64,000 nucleotides of DNA. It comes from Rhodosorus marinus CCMP1338 (lineage: Eukaryota; Plantae; Rhodophyta). Each line of letters begins with the position of its first letter. The first letter of the stretch is position 1. This document shows, piece after piece, positions 50,751-64,000 of this stretch. Under the pieces are notes generated by a model. That model was not told the origin of the DNA, did not search any database, and worked only from the letters and a program-made list of their open reading frames with translations. The position numbers and the translations under genes were made by a program. The stretch spans positions 310,001 to 374,000 of the forward strand of contig JAMWBK010000002.1 in the NCBI GenBank assembly GCA_029953675.1, read 5' to 3'.

Positions 50751-51537
50751 GACGAGCGCTTACACGACGTAATGCGAACTAGTCTATCGAAGCTTCTCTC
50801 GTACAAACGGTCAAGTAACGCGAATCGAGATGGTCATGGCGTCTGCATGTAATCCTATAACTCCTCGGGAGTAGACTTCTTCTCACCTCGCAGAAAGTTT
50901 TGGTAAGCCGTTTCAGGGAACCCTTAGCAACCCCCCTCCTTTGCAGGGACAAGAAACCCGATCAAAACCGAACCAAGTATGCATCCGCCAAAATCAATGG
51001 CCAAGAGTTGACATACAGGCTTCAGAAATTCTTGGGAATACAAGAAAACCTTTCGGTCCTTATCTCCTTTTCAATATGGCGAATGTTACTTTTGTCGAGG
51101 TTTTTGATGGGGTTTTAAAGGATGTTCGATGTTGGAGAAGCTCAGGTAGGTTTGAGGAAGAGGGAAAGAGAAGTGGATGGGTTTTCCTGCTTTGGCGAAA
51201 AGAAGGGATCACCTAACGGTAAACACCCAGTAAATTTTGCTAGTTACTGGCTGATGAAATGGAACGTACGTAAACAATGAGAAATCTGCTTTTTGCATCG
51301 AGAGAGCGGGGTCGTTTTTAAAAGGTGAATGCTTGGGGGATCTCGGGAGGCAGCGAGCTTTTCTCGAAGTCCTCTGTGGAACCAGAGAGCTGGTTGAGCT
51401 ATACAGTTGTAACCGGGAACCCTTTTGTTCAGAGGATCCGTGAGATCGGCTGCTTCATTTGAGAGCTTTTAGTGCGCGCGTTTATGCTTCGAGAGGGTTA
51501 TCAAGAGTGAGGACGGACTTCGACCTCCTCCACGGGA

Positions 51538-54500
51538 ATGATGAGGGAGGATGCGGCGATGACGTCTTCTGACAAGCAAGGAGAATTGATGTACAAGTAT
51601 GAGGCGCTTCGACTAGCGGAAGGCGCAGAGGACCCTGTACGGAGGGCATGGTGCTTTCACCTTTCAGGAATGTACAACCTTGCCGCGGATGATGCTATAG
51701 ATGAGTGGGAAAGATTCGCTTTGGAAGAAGAAGGGGAGAGGTTGATGATGCCAAAAAATTTCAACGCTTGGCTGCAGAGATTAAGTTGAGACTAAGCCTC
51801 TTCTCGGCTCTTATTTGCTATAGGTTCCTATATGAATCAATTTCCCTTGGCTATGAACACAATGTATTTGAAAATACACGGAAGGTGCTACATAGTTTAT
51901 ACGGGATTCAGAACGCAGGGGCAGGTCTGTCACTAGAACAAAGGCTTTAAAAAGGCAAACCTCTGAATTGAAATCTTAACATATCCCGTCTAGCGGCTTG
52001 CTCCAGCACAGAAAACGAGCATATGATTTCCAACGAGGATGATTTCAAACCTCTGCAAGTTTCAGAGGAGACGATCTTCAAATTCCCTAGTCTGGTCGCC
52101 GAATTAGTTGCGGCGGACATTCCTTCAGAGGATGAAGACGCCACTCACATTGTGAGAAATGTGCCAGTGGCTGATGCGATATTGGATCCGCCCAAAAAGT
52201 ACGAACGAATCCTACAGGACTTGTCTAGGAACGGACCTGAGTCTTGCGTTATTGATTGAGCCGGTTTTTCTATGCTTAGGTTTGACTATACGCCTCCTGC
52301 CAATGAAAACCTTCCGAAACGGACAAGACGAAGTGAGAGTTCTTCGAAGCTAATCAACAGCAGGGCCAAACCAAGCACCGGTAAGCGGAAGTCATTGGCT
52401 AAAGAGAAACCGCCCATTGCGACTTTAAACCTCACGGAAAATATCGATCATTGAAAAGGATCCGTCCGCCCTGCGGTCCACGCAATGAAAGACGATGACG
52501 ACATGTCCGCCCTGCTCAAGACTGGGAAGAGTACGTGCAATGAAAAGGGATCCGTTTTTGGGTGCTATCACTGCGCTGACCTGAGTGCAATTATCGCTGG
52601 CTGTTTTATCAGAGGATAGTGGGTTGCCGCCAGACAGCGTACTTGTGGATAACCAGGAGACAACCGGAAGACGCCATTATACGGATGCGCCGCCTTCGCT
52701 GCCTCCTAACGACGGCGGATTTAGAACTGCTTCGTCGTCGCTCGGAAAATCGAAGCCTGAACATCAACGCCGAGCGAACCAGAGTGCTGACAGCCGCCAC
52801 CGAGGAACAAACGGAGCTGGTGTTTTTCGCCGCCCCCGGTAAGATGCTGCTCTAGTTCAGACACGAGTTATGGGACCGACTACGAAGAGAGGACAGATCG
52901 GGCAGCATTGCACAATGTGGTTCGATCCGTCCTATGTTCGAGTCGAGTCGGTTATGCTGGAATGAAAAACGAGTAGTAGTAATGGTGTTTAGCAGGGATG
53001 TAGAATCTCCCTAGTGGTCCTGCTCCCGCTGGATGCGCGGTTTCAGGTCTCATTCGTCGATTCTTGCCTTTTTAGACCACTAGGGGCACCTGCACAAGAC
53101 GGCGAGGCGGAAGATGCGAAGAAGGACCTTCCGAAGATCCCTAATGTTGCTGAGAACCTGGTGGAAATGATCATGAACGAGGTTATGGACAAGAATCCTG
53201 GTGTAGAATGGGAAGATATCGCCGGTATGTCTCCAGAAGCGGCTGGCAGTCAACCGTCGACCAGTAAGCTCTTGAACTGTGGACTGATCGCACTTGGTAC
53301 TGCCTAATAGGCTTACATTTCCCCAAAAAATGTGTAATGGAGGCTGTTATTTGGCCAATGGTTCGACCAGACATCTTTACGGGGTTAAGGGGACCACCGA
53401 AAGGGTTGCTCCTGTTCGGACCTCCAGGGTATGAAAACAATTCCTTTTGTGGGGCTTAGGGCAAATGGAAACTCTTATCGCTCACGAGACTCGTCGCGTT
53501 GATTTGCTCGTCTTCATGATAAGAACCGGCAAGACCATGATAGGAAAGGCGATTGCATCCAAGTCGGGTGCCACCTTCTTCAACATTTCTGCGTCTTCGT
53601 TAACTTCGAAATGGGTCGGGGAAGGAGAAAAGACAGTAAGTGCAAGCCGCTCATGCTATGGCGACCTTGGTAATCGCTAAATTTTGTTATGTTTCTCGAG
53701 AAAGGTTCGTGCACTCTTCGCTGTGGCCAGAATGTTCCAACCCTCAGTTATATTCATCGACGAAATTGATTCCTTGCTCACAGCTCGGACTGACTCAGAT
53801 CAGGTCAGCCCAAGACCGCCACTCCATTAAAGATTGGCCTCTGAACGAAGAATTTACTAAATCACCTGCCATGCTCTTTAGGAATCAACGCGTAGAATCA
53901 AGACAGAGTTTCTCGTACAAATGGACGGTGCAGCTACGACCAGGGACGACCGGGTGTTGGTCGTAGGTATGGGAGCAGGAGACAATTGTGAATTCACTTC
54001 GTAGTTTTCGAACTTCCGAAAGCGTTTCTAGCATAGTCGGTGGCCTAAATTTATGAATCGCTGACCTCCATGCATTTGAACAGGAGCAACAAACAGACCT
54101 CAAGAATTGGATGAAGCCGCTAGGAGAAGGTTGGTCAAGCGGTTGTACATTCCGCTGCCAGATCTCGAGGTAGCTCTTGAGACCCCCTCCGTTTTTGGTG
54201 ATCAAGTTCCAATTGGTTCTGGGACCATTAAATCCGTCTGAAACCATGCTACCGCTGCACGTGTTGTGCATTTCCTAGTCTCGGACAGCGTTAATAGCAA
54301 GGCTTTTAAAGAATCAGGAGAACAATTTGGCATCAGAAGGAATCGCTGAGGTGTCACGCTTGTCGGAAGGTAAGCAAATTAGTATACATTGATTCTGTCA
54401 ATCCCACAACCAGCTTGTTCAGCCTCACGCGTCAAAATTCACAGGCTATTCAGGTTCCGATCTATACTCACTCTGCGCGGAAGCAGCACTGGGACCCGTG

Positions 54501-54757
54501 AGAGACCTTGGTGATGCTCTAAGCAGCATATCCGTTAGTAGTCTTACGCAACTCGCCTGTTCAAACCACCTAGGCGCAGCATCTCACTTTTGCGGTTGTT
54601 GACCTTTGATTAGGCGGATGGGGTCCGGAAGATTGACCTCGAAGATTTTCGTGTAGCTTCACGACTGGTCAGAGCAAGCGTGGGCTCATCAGAGCTTGAA
54701 GCGTATATCGAGTGGAACAGGACCTACGGCTCTTTTGCAATTGACAACGAAGTATAG
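51538..54757 (+). CDS. FIGNL1: Fidgetin-like 1 AAA ATPase, multi-exon
   Basis: [24 protein letters not shown]; [26 protein letters not shown]|[36 protein letters not shown]; FIDEIDSLL; [25 protein letters not shown]; EWNRTYGS; start uncertain. Confidence 0.93.
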
Positions 54758-54906
54758 GCGCTTGTCAAAGCAGCCGATTTGACGTAGGTCTATCCCCGCT
54801 CAGCCTGTAGCGTCATCCACTAACAAGAAGGACGGCGGTGATCCGCAAGCGCAGAAGCTCACATGTACATATGCCATATAAGTACAGTCAATGCGCAAGC
54901 ACCCTT

Positions 54907-58152
<3,246 letters not shown>

Positions 58153-58276
58153 CTTCGCAACATCTAAATACTTTCTGTCGCTCTCGCATGGTTTCGCAGA
58201 AAGGTCTTCCTAGAGCTCAGTACAATCCACTACCCCATAGACAACTCATCCATCCCCATCGCAAAACCTTTTATGT

Positions 58277-58339
58277 TGTCCCAATTCCGTCATCCACGAT
58301 TTCTGTCCCAATTCCGTCATCCACGATTTCTGTCCCAAT
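58277..58339. repeat. 27-bp tandem repeat TGTCCCAATTCCGTCATCCACGATTTC x2 plus a 9-bp partial
   Basis: Exact copies at 58277-58303 and 58304-58330, then TGTCCCAAT. Confidence 0.95.
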
Positions 58340-59270
58340 ACTTCACCCTGGGACAGAATTTCTGGACAATCTGTCCGGGAATGAAATCCCGACAGCCTGT
58401 CCGGATTTTGTTGTGGGTGCCAAATGCGGAGCGTTCTTGGAATTCTGATGTTGGCGATTCAAACCTGCCTCGACACGAAGGTTTAGAGATGAGGCATACT
58501 GTCTGTGGAAAGCTAGAGTTCAGCATAGTGAGGTGATAGATTTACTTGTCTTGAGAAACACCCCCCCACTCTGGTTCTTGCTGAGACGTACGCGTAACGC
58601 GCTATCTTAAACAAACCCCGAGAAACTCTTCTCTTTTATTCTATTCCATTTCTTCTCTCCCTTTTCTACCGCTTCCCAGTGAACTCTAAGCCCTTCAGTT
58701 CACTAGTATCCCTGATACTCTCCGTGAGGAAGATCTGCTTCTAGCGCTGGCAGATCTAGTGTACCATCCATGGTGATTGACTCCATAGGGATTGATACTA
58801 TCGACGTTACTATCTTTGCCGTTGTCGTAGCGTATTCTCGTGGATCTTCAAACCTAATCGCGTGTATCAAAACTCCAACCTAGTCCAAACTTTTAAGCAC
58901 TTCTCGGTACACGGATTGCCATAGCTCCTTTGAAAAGCTACTTTTGTGTCCCAAAAACAATCTCGGGACGAATTGTCCCGAAACACAAAAGGTGTAAGAT
59001 TTATTTTCACAAATGGATCTGTTGGGGACAGCCTGTGAGCTGACACTACCGTGTTGTTTTAACAATACGCGCTTCAGTTCGGAAAGCGTGGAGGCCTCCA
59101 GGCCAAGCGCATCGGAGCGATGAGTAAGGCGCGCAAGCAGTTACAATTGCAAAGAATCCGATCCGATTCGCCCAGTTAAGTAATTTTGTTTAGTGTTCAC
59201 AGTTGCAAAATTTTTTTTGTGATCTTTTAAGTTAAGAGACGAGTTTGTGTCTTTTCGGTTTGACTCATTT

Positions 59271-62200
59271 TCATTGCATCTTAGACTCGACGTAAGAGCG
59301 AGCCATTTCCTTCACGTGGTCCACAGAATCCTGGTCTCCGAATTCCTTCTCGAATTCCAAGAAGCGCTTCAAAAAGTATTTCATTTTCTTCGCGGAGAGG
59401 TCCAGTGCGCAGCACCGCTCAAACAGCCTTCTCACGACCTGAAGATCGGCGGAGTTATCGTCTCCATTTTGTCTGAGGTACCGGATCTCCATATCAAGGT
59501 AGATCCCCCACAGGTCTACCCGCTTTGGAAGATTTCCAACCAAGCCCTCGAACACGGTGCATCCTCTATCTCGAGATCCATATCTACATCACAAAGAACA
59601 AATCGCTCAGCAACCCATATGGTTTCGGATGAAGTTTGACACGTGTTCGCCCTACTTGTACTCGAATTGCGCAAACTTTGAAATCGTTGGTATGTGCTTT
59701 CGCCGCTCCAAAGACTGCAACGCTTTCTCCAGCAGCTTTCTCGCCTCCTCAGGCTCTCCCGATGCGAATCTGTGCTTCCCGGCCGTGATCCTATTACGGT
59801 TGTAAATTTTTAGTTAAGAGATTCAGGGGCTCCCGAGGAACAAGTGCGAACGACAAGACTTGGATCATTAAAGTACCACATCTTCTTCGAGGATTTGAAC
59901 TTCTTGAGCGCATTGCTCATGATCTTTTCAAAGTAGTCCTTGTTCTTCCAAAGCCCTGTGATCAGACGCATGTGCATAGCCTTTGAGTCAACGTTCTTGC
60001 ATGCCCTCTCGTATGCATCTGTAAATGAGTCCTGGGTCCCATAGTTGGCTTCCATATTCACTATGGAGATCCAAACGTTCAACTAAATGAAACAACAACG
60101 TTTTTCTCGGTTAGTGACTGACGGCCACAGGGTTTTTTTAATGGTATCCCTCACCCGTTGTGCCTCGTCTCGGTAGTTGATGGTATTCAAAGCCCTTTCC
60201 GCAATTTCTCTTGCGCTCGCTAGTTGGGAAAGTGACAAGCGCAGCGCTATGTACTTAATCCAAAGAATCGACGAGTTTGGTGTTCCCATGAGCAGCCTCT
60301 CAAAGTCTTCTGAAGTAACGGGTGTCTCCATGGAAGCCTGCAGCGCTTCTTCCTTTGCTCGCATCTCCACTTCGTGCTTAGCCAGAGCTCGCTTCCTCTC
60401 TCGTTTCTCCTTGGATGATTTCTTTTTTCTCTCATGGCCATCGTCTTGCTCTTCCTTCTCGGCAGCGTCCGAGTCGGAGGAGTGCTCCGTTCCTTTTTTT
60501 TTGCACAAGAGATGGTTGGTCGGTACCGTGAGACCGAGAGCTACTGTCGAGGTTGCTCTCTCGTGAAATCCTGCTCACCGTTCTCATGGCGAGGGCCCGC
60601 CTGAGCAATATGTCCTTCCTCTTCATCTTCGGAAAATTCAAACCCGCCTGGCACAGCCAAAGCCTCACTCTCCTCAACAGCTGGCTCGGAGTCGTCATCA
60701 TCGTCATCGTCATCGTCATCGTCGTCCTCTTCAACAGCCTCTGATTCTTCATCATCATCGTCAGCATTCCCATCCAGATCTTTGTCCGAATCGTCCCCAT
60801 GGCCTTGTCTCGTAGCTTCAGCTGACTGCCCAGGGTCCTCCTTCAGCACGGACGGCTTCATAGATAGTGATATGCGCTTCCTTTCGAGATCTACTTTGAG
60901 GACCTTCGCGCGTACACGCTGTCCAGGAGAGAATTTCTGCCCAATATCCTCCACCCGTCCGTCAAATAATTGACTCTTGTGACACAGTCCTGTGACGGAA
61001 TCGCTGAGACCTAAGGTCGGAATAGACGCCGGGGAAGGTTTTTGAACACAATGTGCCGGAGAAAATAACGCTAACAAGATCACCTTCTTAAACTTACGAA
61101 TGAAGACACCAAAATCCGTAATCGACTTGATAACACCAGAAACGAAGCTTCCATCAGGTAGATCCGAAACTGATCGCCCGTTAACTGTGCCCTCTGTCAT
61201 GTCCATTCGCAGGGTAAGCTCAACATGTTTTGACTCCTTGTCCACTGATTGAATCCGACCGGATATCAACTTTCCCTGTTTTTGAAACATGAAGAGGAGA
61301 TCAATATTCAGTAACCCAGTGAAAATGCATGCGTCTCATGATGCAAGCTCTTACAGGTGGGAAAGACCGCTCAATGTTCTTCACGAAGTGATCGCTGAGA
61401 TTCGATAGAAGAACACGAGCGACCAAATCTGTTCCAATAGATACGAAACAGCCCTTGGAAGTCGTCGATTTCACAAAGCCCCGTATACTCTGTCCGACGT
61501 TCAAGTCACTCACGAAGCCAATTTCCGGGTCAACGACGCCGGATGATTTTCCTCCGACACGCGATTCTCTCAAGGAAAGTCTTACGCGATCGTTGTCTCC
61601 ATCCGCTCGCGGTAACATGAAGCATTCTACAAAATTTTGGCCGCGGAGATGTTCAATTTGGCTCCTCACTTCATCGAAGTCGTCGGCAATATCCGTTAGG
61701 CCTATATGCCCATAGCGGTGTTCGTGGAGAATATGTCCGGGTAGTTTCATCCGAATGCCGTCGCCTTCGAGAACGCGATCCATCTCTGCTATAACCGAGC
61801 CTGCAAACTCGATGGCAAGATAGTAAAATACGCAGTCTCGTTAATCATCCCGTTAGAAAGAACTGAACTATGACCAGCAGCTATTGGAACCCACCTTCTC
61901 GCACGCCCTTTGTCACAGGAACAAGAGAGCAATCTATTCTACCCTTCTCCTTATCATGTGAAGCGATAAACGTTTCAATTGGATCTCCTGTCTTCAACCT
62001 GCAGTTTTTAGAACCGATTTACAATCAGAGCAAGCAAATACTTACGGAAGACTCTGACAGCGGAGACTCTGTTCATAAAGCACATGGTCGAAATAATCTT
62101 TTCTTACCCGGTGAAAGCTTCACCCCGATTCATCTCAGCCAGGCTTTTGTCGGTATCAATAAGGCTAAGTCTACCAGCCAGTGATGGGGTGAAAGCGATC

Positions 62201-64000
62201 CACAGAACGTTGTTCGAGATGGATTTCACAAACCCCAATACCTTCTTCCCAGTCTCGATTCCTTTCCAGAACAGATCAGGGTTGTTTGTGGGCGAATCCT
62301 TCCTCATGGACAACTCTACCACGTGCGCGTCTTCGTTACGAATTGACACAACCCTGGCAGACAGCATAGTGCCCACAGTTAGGCCTTTGAGAGGGGATTC
62401 ATTCGAGGTTCCCGAGCTTCCCTGCTGGAGCGCTTCCGTGATATGAATTCTCCCGACTCCCGCCTTTCCAAATGCGAGATTCACCTGCAAAGGGTGGGCG
62501 CCGCTTATCTTGCCGGATACTTGAGCTCCGAGCGCAAGTTCCTGCACTGGCCCGTCCGCACGGGCGCGGTTCTTCTCCGAAAGTGGCAGCTTCTCAATGT
62601 CCATTATATGGTACAAACCACGAAGGCTCCCGCACGCCGTGGCCGACACTAGCATCCCAGGTCGTAGACGCGAGTGTCTCATCTCTGTCTCATTTAGATC
62701 CCGGGACAAAGCGTGTGCGATCTGGTGCCCCATCTTGGGAACACTCAAAACTGCTATGTCTTCCTTCACCAGTTCGACGACAGCTTGGTAGACTTGCGAC
62801 TTCTCCATAGTCCTCGGCCCTGCGTTTCCGGCGTCAACCAGCTGCGGTTTAAGGGAAACATCTGCAATCCCTCGTCCGATGTCATGATCCAGAACGACTA
62901 GAGAAGCAGGGGTGCCTACTTGAACATCGCGATCACCAACCTGGGCTTGAACGGCGAAGACGACAACTGGTGATTCATCCGCAGCGGACGGAAACTCGAA
63001 GAACACCCCGCTGGTGGACTTGCTCTGGACCTTCGCTTCTACAACCGAGCCGACCATCAGCTTTTCATTGGACTGCGCCTTGGAGGCTGAATCAAGAGAC
63101 TTCGTGCTGGCCTCAACCTCCTGAACGTGTTCATACCGGCCGAAAAACTGTTGTACACGAATATTAACCCTGTCATTGGGAACTTCCATGTCGCTTTTCC
63201 TCATAGTTAGGCTAAGCCTATTTTCAGCAACGTTTAGTTCTTCCACCCGAACGTAGACTGTTTGACCGATGTATAAAAACTTCTGCATCTCTGGTACAAA
63301 CTCGTCCGAGAGACGGCTCTTTCGCACGAACCCAGTGGCCCCACCAGCGAACGCGACGATGGCGGCGTTAGGTGCCATTCTTATGACATAGCCGACCAGC
63401 TGCTCCGCCTTTAACGATTTAACATCAGCCAGAGACTGAGGCAAAACTTTGTCAGACCAGGCGGATATCAAGGACGGTTTCATTGTCAGGGTGGGAACGT
63501 CACTGCTTTCGCCTGTCTGTATGACCATCGCTCCTGCAACGAAAGAAACTCGTTTCTGAGCGCCTTGCGCAGAATTTACCATGACTTTAGGGCGTAGACG
63601 CCTACCTTCGAGCACCCCTGGTTCAGACTCGTCCTCCGGCTGCATAGATTTATAGTGCTCGAATAGGCGCTTCGAAAGGCTTTGCGTGTCCGCAAGATGC
63701 TCCAGGGGCAGCCAGCAATCCACTGACTCCTCTGAATTCGGAGTTTTGGCTGATATCGTCATGCCCTGCTCTGTAACCTCAGCTACTCGTCCAGTGACTA
63801 TCTGCCCAACAGACAATCGTGCAGAGCTCGCACTTGGGCTCGCGGAGTCGCTCGAAGTCTTTTTGAGGCTGAGAAGTAGACGCTTTTCACTTGGCACGCA
63901 ATTCTGAACTCGGGCTTTTAGGGTTCTTCCATCCGGAAACTGATCTTCGAGCTGGGAACTAGGACGTCGCGAGAAGAAACAAGGTTAGACTCTGACAAAG
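59271..64000 (-). CDS. RRP5: rRNA biogenesis protein RRP5 (PDCD11), 3' part; 5' end outside window
   Basis: Serial S1 domains (GQIVTGRV, GFVKSTTSKGCFV, GVIKSITDFGVFI, RISLSMK), acidic linker, then HAT repeats (DFERLLMGTPNSSILWIKY, NVWISIVNMEANYG, PKRVDLWGIYLDMEI, KKMKYFLKRFLEFEKEFGD). Confidence 0.96.

Noticed and set aside
60690-60760. (ATCGTC)n repeat
   Set aside because: Encodes the ordinary poly-Asp/Glu linker of RRP5.

Overview
Gene-dense eukaryotic nuclear DNA, not prokaryotic. Genes have many short GT-AG introns (about 50-130 nt) with CTAAC/CTGAC branch sites, and two carry plastid transit-peptide-like N-termini, so a unicellular alga with a primary plastid (plausibly a red alga) is inferred. 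About 22 genes can be read: ZPR1 (3' part), a coiled-coil protein, a NUDT15-like Nudix hydrolase, ornithine aminotransferase, MAEA/Gid9, PGP synthase, an intronless beta-lactamase-family serine hydrolase, a folate/FAD-type mitochondrial carrier, a DUF5522-like Cys-rich protein, two C2 + Pro/Gly/Tyr-rich paralogs, APS kinase, plastid FtsH, an alpha/beta hydrolase-TPR fusion, a USP, 1-Cys peroxiredoxin, an LRR protein, a DHX33-like helicase, an orphan 7-exon gene, FIGNL1, PEX6 and RRP5 (3' part). Most notable: (1) a 7-exon orphan gene, not resolved by the ORF track, stops 5 nt before the helicase ATG (candidate bicistronic locus); (2) a family of 20-bp TGT...ACA inverted repeats forms two foldback modules, one at the centre of a 1.3-kb palindrome that duplicates the 5' end of the LRR gene; (3) a serine hydrolase is fused to a split Hsp70/Hsp90-type carboxylate-clamp TPR; (4) promoters show a regular architecture of AT islands with C-to-G skew inversion and G-tracts. 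No rRNA, tRNA or CRISPR array was recognised. Exon boundaries were deduced by eye and some start codons are uncertain.
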